Positions 1 through 12,448 are shown, counted from the first letter of the whole stretch. The stretch is DNA of 61,008 nucleotides, filler included, from Ionaspis alba (GCA_964255285.1; 10 parts of 10 records of this genome joined end to end with filler, not necessarily neighbours in it), one strand, 5' to 3'. Notes: generated by a model not told the origin, from the letters alone. Translations and numbers: made by a program.

Positions 1-96
1 TGCTCAATCATCGACCTTCGTCACTATCGTGAAAAGGGCATAACTATCTGACTATCTACTAGACGCGAGCAGTCGGTTGGCTAGATATAGGTTTCA

Positions 97-2905
97 TCAA
101 AATTCCGCACCTCCGTGTGCAGACCTGACAACCCTATGCGCAGGATTGGCAACAGCAAACGATGCATCGAGCGGATATGCGTCTTTCCATTTCACAGTTG
201 CGTATCTTTCGACAACGATCTTCTTCTTGGTGTTGGCCCATCTTTCATGATCCGGTTCATCGAAACTTCCACCCTCTGGAATACGAACGGACCAGTCTAA
301 TCTAGGGCCAATCTTATGGAAAACCAGCAGATACTCAACATAGTATCCCCAAGCTTTCTGACAACCGAGAGGCTGGAAGTTGTATTTGTCCCAGCCCCGT
401 AATTCGAAGCCAATTGTTGCAACCTTGGTGAGGCCTGCGATCAATCAGAATGAAGCCTAAGAGGGTAGCCAGACTACGCAAGCTCGTAATACTCACCGGC
501 TTTGGGGTCTTCAAGGAAGCAATGCTGCACGAATTCTCGGGATTTAGACCACCATATGGTCTCTTCCCATTCCAAAATCTTCACTTTTGCGGATGGAAGC
601 CGGATATATCGAACATTTGGGATTGTAAAAATTGTCTCTGATGGCAGGCTCATATTCTGCAAGTATGTGAAGTTGATAACATGCCTTCCTGACCAGGAGG
701 ATTACCATACCATAGTGATAATGAATTCGCCAACATTTTTGATCTCCACGTTTCCGTCTCCGTTGGACACGTGCTTGACATTCCACTCACATCCTTCGCT
801 CCTAGTCATTGAGCACAGTGCCTTATTTTTATCCTCCCAATAACCATCCAAGGCCATTGTGTGTACTCCGTTCACTGTTCTTGAAGTTTGAGGCGGATAG
901 TAACAAGGGTGCTGCTTTGGACACCAAGGTAGCCTGTCGAAAAGGTCTGTGCTAGGATCCAAGGGAATGTCTCGCCCAATCGCAAGATTGAATTGAACAT
1001 GCTGTTTGCCATCTGCTGATTTGCCGGCGACCAAACAACATCCTCGGCTATTTTGAGTCGACCTGTCAATAAATTAGATACAAAAGTTTACGTTTGCAAG
1101 TAGTCACATACGTATCCTGTAATGGTTCCTCCAAAACTTCGATCTCGTAGTGAGGAAACTCCGAGGGCATTCCTTTTGTCAGTATACCATAGCGTTTATG
1201 TATTGCGTTCCGTACGAATTGGCTGCGACTGCCACTCCCAACAAGATAAATATACTACTGTTGTCAGTTATGGATGAAAGATTCAGAACTCCTTACTTTC
1301 AATTTTTTTGCCGGGAATTTGTCATGGAGAGCATAGATCTGGTTATTGATTGCTGCCACAATTCTCTCGCAGAAATGGTCAAAGACATAAGTCTTAATGT
1401 CCAATCTATTGATATTAGTAACTTGGACAACCGAAATCAAATCAAGCGTACCCTTGCAAGACAAGTTTGTTTTTATGAATACCAAGTCCTAGATGTTCCC
1501 GAGCGACTAATTGCTCCGTTTGACTCAAATGCACTGTCATAGTTTCGTCTAGATAATGATATCTTCTTTTAGCTCCTTCAAAGCCATTGTCTGCTGCTTT
1601 CAGGAAATCAGCTATAGCGGATTGAGAAGGATTGACACTGTTCAATATGTGCGACCACCAAGGCTTGCAATATGCTTCTAGATATCTCTTAAACTCTTGG
1701 TGAAGCAGCAGCGATCCGCCACATCCTGGAAGTAATCAGCCAATACTCACGAAAAATTTGTTAGTCTTGTCCACTGACCAGTCCCAGCGATCATCTCGTC
1801 AAGCGTTGTTATATCTTCACCAATCTGTTTTCTCTCTACCACGGTCAAGTCCTTCGTAATCGATTAGTACACAAAAGCACACTCTTGCAGAGAGCACTCA
1901 CAGTTGTACCACCTCCGATGTCTACAACCAGAGCAGGTTGTCCAATCTTGACAATTGTGAGTCTAGGGAACTACCAAATACGAATGATTTGAAGGAATGA
2001 CTTGCATCTAACACTCCACGCATCGCTTCGACGGTGGTCTGACTCTCTTGTAAAGCTTTTAGTGTTTCGCTGGCTGCTATCGGTTCTCGAACCAGAGTAA
2101 ACACTTTCTGAACGGTGTGTCCAACCTCAGCACTCGCGAAAAAGCTTCGCCCGGTAGTGGGATCATAGAGAACATCTCGTCCACAACCGTCACAGAGAGC
2201 CTCATAGACTCGGCCATACGCACGCGGTGACCAAACAGACGGTATGCTGGCAGCAAATCGGATAGGACCTTCAAGACGAGAAAAATTTCTTCCCCCTACA
2301 GCAACTGTAGCGCATCTCATCTTGCGTACCATACTGGAATGTGTTCGAAGCCAGAGCCAAGCATAAATATCAGTCAAGGCGCCTTGGCTAGTAACTTTGT
2401 TTTTTCGTCTGGTGACAGGATCCAGTCGCTCGGGCCACTGAGATACAAGGTGCTTGAACCTATCCAGACAAGCTTTGTGCAGAGGAGATTCCTCATAGAA
2501 CAGAAGCTTGAATTGGGACATTATCATTGTCTCTGGCACCCCTTCTAGCTCATCTGGGCCAAATCGGATGGTGCCATTCACGTAGGCGAATTGGGTCGCT
2601 ATTTCAGTGCTTTGACCATTGCCAACGGAATAAGTCGTATCATTCACGTCATTGTAACTATCGAGGGTGCTCCTTGTCAAGATATGGTTCTGGTCATAGA
2701 CGTCTTTAGCAATCCCAAAAGCTGTTTTAGAAAAGCAAGTTCCAATATCTATCCCAACGACCTTGACTTCCTTAACGTGCACTCCATTGGCGAGCCGGTG
2801 GATCTTATGAGAGATATCCGACGATCTCCTTGAGGTGTCTGAATCTGAAAGAGTCAGAGATTGCGCGGCATATACAGGAGAGGATCGGAGCAATTTACCA
2901 CCCAT
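97..2905 (-). CDS. Atypical Hsp70-family (HSPA12-like, actin-like ATPase fold) protein, multi-exon
   Basis: Hsp70 motifs occur in order across spliced exons: VVGIDIGTCFS (phosphate 1), ASIPSVWS, VREPIAAS, LVVDIGGGTT|DL (~1947-1840), CGGSLLLHQEF (~1725), FEGAKRRY, YIYLVGSGSRSQFVRNAI (~1250-1200). The 3' exons (ORFs 702-1034, 474-662, 97-444) and the stop position are approximate. Confidence 0.75.
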
Positions 2906-3400
2906 ATCACTCTGCAGAGTCCTTGAGTTCTAAGAAGCAAGTTGGCAAAAGATGTTGCGAAAGTCAGGGAACAATCTTGCAAATATCAAAGCGTAGAGTA
3001 TAACCCTTTCGATCAAGTCATACTAAGAGCTAAGTCAAGGTATAAATAAAGCTCATCGCGTGTTAAAGGCTCCAAAATAGGGACTGGACCAAGCACGGAT
3101 GTCATTATGCAAGACAGCAAACTTGACTTATGCATATCAAGTACCCTCGCTATTGCAACATAACATCAGACGATACCGCATAAGAAGCCTGTGGAGGGAT
3201 CATCGAATGAAAACAACCACAGGATTCGGTGGCATGCAGCATAGCATCGCAAAGCACACTGAAGCCACTGCATATGCAAGCCGGGCGAGGTTCACGTATT
3301 AGTAGTGTGGGGGCATTGAACCAGGTATAGGTTGCGTATTTGTCGGGCACTAGGCGGCATATACGTAGAAGCATGAAGCCGGACGGCCAACAAGGCAGGA

Positions 3401-3500
3401 NNNNNNNNNNNNNNNNNNNNNNNNNNNNNNNNNNNNNNNNNNNNNNNNNNNNNNNNNNNNNNNNNNNNNNNNNNNNNNNNNNNNNNNNNNNNNNNNNNNN
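3401..3500. other. Scaffold gap (100 N)
   Basis: Pure N run with no stop-codon linker. Confidence 0.98.
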
Positions 3501-4000
3501 GACTCGTCGTCGAATGTGATCTATCAAATGGAGCTAAACGTTCCATACAACAGTATCTCTCCGGCTTTAAAGCCGGGATGAGCCCGGTTTTGCAAAGAGT
3601 GATCGAGATTGGCTGTACCAATCTAAAACCCAGCTAGAAGCCTCTATGCACCATGGCTAGGAATGCTTGGACATCGTTCAAGCCTCGAGATTGAGGAAGT
3701 TTGTATGTAGAATTCAATAAAAGCAGATAGCCGTGGTGCAGCATGCCGTTTGGTTAGCGTAAACCGCATTTGCCAAGACCTATGCGGCTGTACCCTGGGT
3801 GGTGGCAGAACGGTTTCTTGCATTTCAATGCGGGCATATGCAGCACTTATCGCGTAACGAATTGAGCTGTCACATTTCTTCTATAACGTTGAGATGGGGG
3901 GCCTCACAGCGCCCGTCGGCGGAGTGAGAGTAGGAATATTCCCTCGTCGGCGTTTTGTTAATTCGAATGCGTGGACAACCTTATTCGGAGCACTTGTGCC

Positions 4001-6055
4001 ATGCCTTTAGAGCGATCTGATGGCTACGGGACTCCTAGAAACATTTCCAATTGTGTTTCTATCAGGGATGGTACCTCAACTGCTTATTTCCCTCGGGGTG
4101 AAGTACTGAATCTTTCATATGCCGAAGGAAGAGCCGTTCGAAAATCAGGATCGTCAGAATCCCCAAACCAGCCCCAGACCTTTCCGAATAGCATGATTAC
4201 AACTACAAATTCGGTGAATGGTGTGTGTAGGCGTGAGCTAGCTGGCCAACGTACAGCATCAGAACGATGGCAAAGAAATAGTGTTGAGTTGCCGGAAGTC
4301 CAAACGGCCCTGACAGCTCAGATAATATGCGAAGCTCCCAGTCAACCGATCGTAAATGGTACGTTAGATATCGTAAAGCATTCCTCCAGAAAAGCCACAA
4401 AGATGTGGACAGCTGAATGGCAAAAATTAGTGATCAAGGCTCACCGCGAGAGTCTTTTCCTGGCAAGCGAATCAGATGCTAGCACAAAGCCCAAGAAGAT
4501 CATGAACTGCTTCAAGAAAACCCATGGACGACCTTATAGGCTCCCAGCTAACGCAGAGAGTCTTGTCACTGACCGAGTCAAGAGTTATTGTCCAAATGTG
4601 GACGTGAGTGCAGCGGAAGTCGAGATCTGCATAACTCACCTCCTGGAAAAGTTGGGAGACCACAAAGAACTGAATATTGGGACCATTAAGGACAAGGAAC
4701 AACCGCTGGTTTACGAGGAATTGACCCTGACTGAACAGCGATTGATCCGAATCTTCTGGATATATCCCTTTTCTTGGCTTTCAATGAAAAGAGGACTAGG
4801 AAAAATACTTGCAGACACTGTCAAGAACCACGAACGGCTTCCTACTGATGAAGAAGTATGTCTGAATCGTCACATGGACAAACAGAAACTTCTTTTAGTC
4901 TACAAGATTGGCAAGGAAGCTGGATGGTTCAGCGTTGATTCAGTACGACAAAGAATCGCCGAAGTAGATGGCCTTGATTCCGGGAGCAATCGTGTTGAAG
5001 CTGATGTCCAATCCAGCACAATAAACCTGGAAGATTCAAACACACCAGCTGCCTTGCAAATTCGTGACACCTCATGTTCAAGCTCCCCTGATGTTTCATT
5101 GCTTGGCTATCCAGAAGGCCAGCGCACCCATGACCTAACCCCCGAGCAAGTCCCACAAAATCATGTCTCTTCGCACAGAAAATCCTTCAACAAACACGGT
5201 TTACGAGATCTTGCCGCAGCTGGTCGCTGCTTATCTACACGACCGTCTCGCCGGGTTCCGAATCTTCATACATCGATAATACCTTACACGCGTACCAGAT
5301 CGGCAACCAAGGCTGCTGGGACCAGCTCCAAAGGATTCTCGAGATATCCCGAGACCGGGATGGCCATCAAGAGTAATGACATCAAACGGAAAATCGAAGA
5401 TATCAATTCGCAAATTGAAATACTGGTTAAAGATCGCTTCGAAGTAGCTGGCTGGAACAGTTCCCTCATCCCCGACTTCACCGCAATGGCAGGAGTCGAA
5501 TGTCTTGCTGATCTTGGTGGAGCATGCTTCGGTCACAGTCAAGAGAAGTCTTGGGAGACCGCTGCCATTGAAATATGTGACGAAGGCAGCAACCGCCTAC
5601 GGGGTCTCGTGCTTCTTAGAGGGCTACTGCTAGCATACATCCAGAATGAGATCATGATGTCCCACCATGAGTCGCTCACAGCATCTGACATGGAGACTCG
5701 CGCTGGGAACCTCTCCCACCGTTTTGATTGGCACATGCAAGAATTCACAAACCAGCTCAAGCATCAAACCCCGTCGGCCAAGTACAGATCGCCATCCTGG
5801 GACGTCGAATGGAAAGCTCCTCTTCGAGATCTGTTCTTGGACTGCCTGAAACTGCGAAGCAGAATTGACAAAAACAAAGAAAAGCGAAGGATTCAGTTCT
5901 TCTTACCTCTAGCGGGCTCAGAGCTTGACAACGATCGAATGGAAGCTATTGACTTTGGCTGCCGTCAAAGTAGCCCAAGACACAGCTTGGAAAGGATACA
6001 GATAGCGCTTGGCTTTGTCGTCACCATGGAGTACAAGCATTCTCCAGGATCTGAC
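4001..6055 (+). CDS. Uncharacterised protein with coiled-coil and GrpE/MIEAP-like C-terminal region, truncated at contig end
   Basis: Open frame of ~685 codons from ATG 4001. Coiled-coil IKRKIEDINSQIEIL; C-terminal LRDLFLDCLKLRSRI...FFLPLAGSELDNDRMEA...RIQIALG. Confidence 0.6.
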
Positions 6056-6155
6056 NNNNNNNNNNNNNNNNNNNNNNNNNNNNNNNNNNNNNNNNNNNNT
6101 TAATTAATTAANNNNNNNNNNNNNNNNNNNNNNNNNNNNNNNNNNNNNNNNNNNN
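6056..6155. other. Artificial contig-joining linker (N44-TTAATTAATTAA-N44, stops in all six frames). Identical linkers at 12192-12291, 18323-18422, 24450-24549, 30574-30673, 36671-36770, 42765-42864, 48854-48953, 54932-55031
   Basis: The same 100-bp structure occurs nine times and contig lengths decrease monotonically. Confidence 0.99.
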
Positions 6156-6674
6156 TTCTATCTTACCCAAGCTCGATTCAATGTTCACCACAAGTTGCAT
6201 CTCACCGAAATTGGACTTTTCCTTGCCTGATTCGGGCTCTGCACGGCTCAGAGAACCGGCTACCATCCTCCCAGCCAGCTTGACTCTCCTCCTCGTCGCC
6301 AAGTCAATAGTCAATCCCGAAAGAGCTTTACCACTACCCTCTGCTTTCACAACCTCTCCGTCACATTTACCTCGAAAAAGTGCCCGGACCACCGGATCAA
6401 ACTGGCTATCCACACGCGTTCTCATTCCAATGATCGATCCACCAAGCGGCCTCACGAACCCAGGCTCACCGCCCCAAACCGTAGTCCATGGACGACCTTC
6501 ATCATCCAAGGTGCCAATGGCTAGTAAAGGAGCTGTTTGTACGAGATTGGCACCTCCGGGTGTGAGGAACAGAGAGGTTGGATTCTCGGAGATATATGGG
6601 GTCACGCCCATCATCGCGTGCATCTTTTGCTCGCCGGCGTGCCAGCCCATCTCTCCGGCGTGGACAGTGGTCAT
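6156..6674 (-). CDS. Pyridoxamine 5'-phosphate oxidase-like / FAD-binding oxidoreductase, 5' part (truncated)
   Basis: WHAGEQKMH, LLAIGTLDDEGRPWTTVWGGEPGF, GLTIDLATRRRVKLAG, IESSLG; GTAAGA donor at the contig edge. Confidence 0.85.
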
Positions 6675-7370
6675 GACTTCAGAACAACAAAAGGATTACA
6701 ACATACATATAGGTTATTATACGACAAGGAAACAGACTCCTTCAGGAGTTGTTCCTATATGTATCTCAGCTTGGTTTGGGATTATTTCAGCAATGTAAGC
6801 ACGTAATGTTGCTAAATCTTAGCATAGGAAATTCCAAATCGAGGTGAAGATGTCAATTCAAATTGTTGTTGCTTGTTTCAATGACATATCATAGCACGTC
6901 CAAACACATCATTAAGTATTGGGCAATTGCACGTTGTTGTCCTTACGCGGTTGATCTGTTCCGGAATGCCAAGCCTCCTGATGCTCGAGTAATCGCGAGG
7001 AAGTCACGACATATATCCCGAAGGATCTTGTGTAACTAGAAGCTTTATTCCTTCTCACTCACACACCCAAAGATTCCCCTTTCATATTCGAAAAATGCGG
7101 GCCAGTCATGATTCACGCGTTCCAATGACATCCAGCGGGAGCGCATCGGGGCTTAGCTCTGGATTTGGGCTTCAGCCGTGTAAGAGCGGAGGGACTACAC
7201 CCCGAGGCACCAAATTATGGAGGAAAAGTACCTTGATATCTGCAGGTTGAAGAGGCGGCGTCCTCTGTCTATTTACAATGGGAGCGTCCTTCACACAAAT
7301 TCCTTGATTTCTTTCAATCACAGTCCTTACAACAGCTCTTGTGGAGCATACGCTCTCGTTTGTGTCAGAA

Positions 7371-10216
7371 ATGCACTTTCTAAATTTGTTGCTGGGTATT
7401 TACCTGTTCTTGATCAAAGCCAATGCTCAAACAATCCATTCTTTCGGTTCGTCTGCCGTTTCATAGTTCTCCCTGTTCTCAATCACGACAGTACGGTAGA
7501 AATTTGATGCTGAATGCCTTCTTCGACCACAGCAAACTCTACCAAAAATGCCACCATAACCCGCTCATCAATCAGTTCCTTTCCGGCGTTCCTCAGACCC
7601 TCTGTCAATCCCTCACCAGAATGCGATATCTGGGGACCTTTGTGTCAGACTGGTACCATTGTGGTAGCAGTCAATCTGACTAGCACCACTACTATCACAA
7701 CAGTTCCTTGTTCCTACTATTTGTCCGCGCAGAGCTCCTCGGTAGAAAGTGCCAGCGAGGCCAGCCATGCACGGGGCCCTCTTGACTACCGATCGAGCTT
7801 CGGCAGGAGTCCTCAATGCACATCCTACCAAAAGGCCTATCTCGACAACGCGGCCTATCCTCTTTCGAATTGCCCAAAGAATGATTCTGGAGCGCTTCTA
7901 CCAGCGTATAATTACTTTCCCGCCGGCTCGGGTGGCGTGGTTGGTGGGCATGCGACAGATTTCTTTTACTGCTGTGGTAACTGCACCATGTTCATCGATC
8001 AGGTAAAGGTCTTGTACTTTCCAGAAGATGGAGGCAACGGTTGTGCAAAAGGAAACGGCACGGCACCCGCACAGGCCAATGCTACTGCCCCGATAACAAA
8101 GCGTGTTGAAAATCTTGCAAACAGTGGTGACGGGCTTGCCACTTACAATGGCTACACTCTGTAAGGACCTCAAAATTGCTTGAGTTTTGGCAACACTGAC
8201 CTTGTCCCCAGCACTTATCCATCAATCTATCTAGAAGTCATTGGCACAGTATCCGTGTATGATCGGTGCGGGCAGATTGGGCCAAATCGTACAAGCTTTA
8301 TCGTTCCGATTTCGTCTGGGGGTCTTTCAACCATTTCGTATAATATCCCTGTTGGATCAACCTTCTCAGACCCAAATTATGAGAGGATCGAAGGAGTGAC
8401 CGGCGCAGTTCAGGCTATAGACGTCGCGAACTTTGCTTGTCCAACCTGGGGTCTGGCTCCAGTCACTACAACCATTACCTATCCAGACTTCAGTTCCTTG
8501 GGAACACATAAGGTTTATACCGAGAGATACAATACCATCGGATATCCCTTCAATCCGCTCATTGTGCCGCCCAAAGAGTTACAGTACTTCGACCCGGCAT
8601 GGTCGAGCTGCTCGGCGTATAACTCTTTCGGATGGGCCATTCTATCCTATGGTATCTACGACCCTCCTTATAGATTGACCCCACGTGGAGGCTTAGGAGC
8701 ACCGCCACCGGCAACTCCTGCTCCAGCCTCTGCCGCTCCAACCCAAGGCCTACCTAACAATCCAGTAACACCTGCTTCCCCTGCTGACGGGATGCCAACA
8801 ACGATGGCTGCCAAAACTCTACACCGACCTTCTGGTTCGCCGCAAATGACTGTTGCGGATCCGGCTCAATCTCCGCCAGCAGCTCCAAAAGAGCCACAAC
8901 ATCCTCCAAAACCGTTACCTGACTCTCCAGCAGCACCTGCTCCAGCAGCACCTCAGGATCCGGCAAAACCGCCCCAACCAGCATCACCACAGGGACCACC
9001 TAACCCACCCAACAACGGGAGACCGCCCTCAGATCCAGCATCCGGAACACCAGGAGGCAGTGGTGGATCAGATCCAGGACAAGGCAGCTCAAACCAGCCA
9101 AAGCCTCAGAGCCTAGGTGGAATAATCTTCAGTGCATTCGGAGGATCTGCCAACAATGGTCAAAAAGCCAGCACAATTCCGTTACCAGCATCCGGCGCCG
9201 CAGTTTTGACAGCCGGTGGTCAAGCAGTGACTGTCCTTGATCCTTCCGCCATCGTCGTCAACGGAGTCACACACACAGCGGGCGGAGACCCTGCTACCGT
9301 TGCTGGTGAAGTGATCTCTCTTGCAGGTGGAACAGGCCTTGCCGTACCTAACGCTCCAGCGGATCCTCCAACGATTACGCTGAATGGCCAACTCATCACC
9401 GCCAATCCAAGTGCCATTACCGTCGGCAGCCAAACACTGAAAGTAAACGGTCCGGCTATCACCATTTCCGGCACGCCCGTCTCACTCGCTCCCTCAGGCG
9501 TCCTAGTCATAGGTACCTCGAGCATCACCCTCCCCACTCCCGCTCCCGCGCCCGCTCCTCTGATCTACACCGTGGCAGGACAAACACTCACACCGAACCC
9601 AACCGCCCTGACCATCGGCAGCCAGACCCTAGTGCCCGGCGCTCCTGGCATCACCATCTCCGGCACCCCCATCTCCCTCGCTCCATCTGGTATCCTCCAC
9701 ATCGGCACCTCCACCATCGCCCTCTCCCCTTCCACAAGCCCAGCCTCAGCCTTCACCATCGGCGGGCAAACTTTCACCGCCTCCCCCGCTGGCTTCCCCA
9801 TCGCCGGCACGACACTCACGCCCGGCGGGCCAGGCGTCGTGATCTCAGGCACACCTGTTTCACTCGCTCCGTCGGGGGTCTTGGTGCTGGGGACATCTAC
9901 TATTTCACTTTCTTCTCCAAGCTCTAATCCTGCGATCTTGACTGTTGGTGGTCAGACCTTCACGGCTGCGCCTTCCGGCTTTGTGGTCGCGGGCACGGCG
10001 GTCGTGCCTGGTGGGCCGGTGGTCACGATTTCGGGCACGCCGGTCAGTTTGGATCCGAAGGGGACGTTGCATGTAGGGTCTAGTGCGATTCCGTTGGCTA
10101 CTGGAGGCGGTGTGGGAGTGCCGTTTAGAGGTGGGCAGGGGAGGGTGCGTGTGCCTGCAGTTTTGGGATTGCTTGTGGGTGGTTTCTTGGGTGCTGTGGG
10201 GATGTTCATGATGTGA
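7371..10216 (+). CDS. Secreted, probably GPI-anchored cell-wall/adhesin-like protein (Cys-rich N-domain, Pro-rich linker, Thr/Gly/Ser beta-repeats)
   Basis: Signal peptide MHFLNLLLGIYLFLIKANA from ATG 7371. Introns 7447-7532 (GTTCGT..CAG) and 8161-8211 (GTAAGG..CAG) join the ORFs in frame. Hydrophobic C-terminus VPAVLGLLVGGFLGAVGMFMM. Confidence 0.85.
9370..10100 (+). repeat. Four intragenic ~60-aa degenerate repeats (T-x-GGQT-x-TA...GP-x-x-TISGTP[VI]SLAPSG-x-L-x-IG)
   Basis: ISGTPVSLAPSG, ISGTPISLAPSG, ISGTPVSLAPSG and ISGTPVSLDPKG in the translation. Confidence 0.9.
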
Positions 10217-12448
10217 TGTGCTTGGGAGATGTATTTTTATGAGGGGGATGGGGCTTGAAGGATGGGATTTTGTAGACATGTAATAATGACTTGGAAATAT
10301 ACTAAATGGTATTGATGAGCGCATCAAAATTAGTTAAAGCTGGTTCCCCGGGATGATTGTATGCCCTATGACTTTGGCACAATGAACCGAGTCTGGTCAT
10401 AAGTCCGAGGTCGATACACCAATGGAGTCTTCTCCAAGATCCAGATCAGAAAGTGAGGAATGGTTCAGGAAAAGCTAAGTTATTCGGAAATTGAAGGAGC
10501 CCAAATACATTGGGTGGGTTAATGAAACAGAAAACATGTTACACCTCACCTTCCACAAGTACGAGGACGGCTGTGAGCTGATGTACATGACGGTTCTAGA
10601 AAATGACGCCCTCATGGCCAATTACTGTATGACTCGCCCTCTGCTAACGTCATCAAAACTTCGCACCTCTTTGCCTTGCTTTGACACTGATATCTGGCTT
10701 GCCTTTCCTTTGGAGTCCTTCACGGAATGTCTTCAGGGTCATATTGTACCCCTTCACGCAGCAGCTATTCAAGAGTAGCTTTTGCATCATCTGCTCTTGC
10801 TTTGCCCAGCAATCGTTCTTGAGGCATCAATCGGTAAATCATACTCTCGATCAAGATCGTTCTCAGGACTTGCAATTTAGCGGGGAGATGGCGCGGCACA
10901 GATCCCGTTGTACTTTTGCTAATTCCATGCTTGATAATGGTGCCGGTGCTATGACTATTTTAGGAGCCATACTTGAGTGGAATGATCAAACAAAACAGTA
11001 AAGGAAGGCTAGGTAAGTGTTGATTTGGTAGGAATGATGCGTCCCTATCGCAGATTTTATACGGAAAGCTGATCTACCAAAAGGCCACTTGAATTTCCCG
11101 GAAAATCAAAAATCCAGTTTAGCCGAGCGCTTGAGGCGGGGGAAACTAGCCCCAGGGGCACTCAAATAATAATCAAGGACATAGTGGCCTTATAACAAGG
11201 GTATGGCCCGCTAAGGTTCGGGAGGATACCACCTAGATATGTTTACTGTCCCACAAAGCTGCCGAATCAACTGCAGCAACGGTCCGTGCGTATATCAGTA
11301 TTTGCTCGGTACCCTGTACTAAATTTAGGTGCTATTGTGTCTCTAAAAATCCTTGTACGTACCCTGACTGAGCATGATCATGCAAACCTATCATAAGAAA
11401 TTCGCATCGTTAGACTGCGATTGATGAGCTGTCTGCGGTTGCGCTTCAGAATTGACATTGTTCTGTTTCTCTACAGCGAGTCTACACTATTACCTTGCAG
11501 AACGGAAATAGCAGCTCAGATATTCGCACTTTCCAACAGCGACGGAGGAGTATATTTTCCTTCATGTTCTTTCGGTTTCTGGATCTATTGGGACTCGAAC
11601 CATCCTTCCCTACTCTTAATAAGCCATTAGAGAAATAAGGAGTTTTCAATGCCGCGCAGATGCTGGTACCACCATCCGAAATATTCGAATGTCACAATAG
11701 AGACCCTAGTGGGCGATGATCCTATTGATTTTGCTATTTGTTGAGCGGCGAGCGGACGGGGAAGCTAACCCGGCTGAGGAGCCCTCAAAGCTTAACCTTT
11801 TGTGCCAGCTTCGATTGTTGTTCTGGACGCTGTTACTGATATAGAAAGTAATTGAGCGGCGCTTGGGTCTGAGATTTTGTCTATGGTCTGGTCAGTGGTC
11901 AAGAAGATGGCGCACGGTGTCATGGCCTGGCAAAAAGATATCCATCTGCTTGAAACAGATTCAAAATTACATTGCAAAGAACTATGGAACACCTGTTTTG
12001 CAGAAGATCCCTTCGCAAGCCTGCGAAAGAAGGTCAGCATATATGTCGATGCTCCAAACACCATATAATAATTCGCTCCAATCACATCTAAATGCGAAGA
12101 ATCCTTCCATATATAAGGCTCTCCCATCCTTTACCCTCAATGCAACGTCCTTCTCAGCGCACCAGCCATCTTCGACATTTCCCCGCCCTCTNNNNNNNNN
12201 NNNNNNNNNNNNNNNNNNNNNNNNNNNNNNNNNNNTTAATTAATTAANNNNNNNNNNNNNNNNNNNNNNNNNNNNNNNNNNNNNNNNNNNNTGGTGTATC
12301 ATTTATTTTGTCAGGCGCGTGCTTCTATGAATGTTCAGTTTCTGACACATCACATGAAATTGTTCCCACTGTTGTAATTGGAACACCCATCTTCAAGTCT
12401 CGAGGACCATGGATGTATGGAAAGGTAAGTCGCTCACCCTGACTACAA

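Noticed and set aside
6100..6111. TTAATTAATTAA palindrome recurring every ~6.1 kb, superficially like a regularly spaced repeat or CRISPR-like element
   Set aside because: Always centred in N runs; it is an assembly linker with six-frame stops
6181..6798. 205-aa + strand ORF and many similar ORFs (e.g. 1150-1542, 24626-25168, 39887-40432, 50423-50920)
   Set aside because: Antisense shadows of well-supported genes with no motifs of their own
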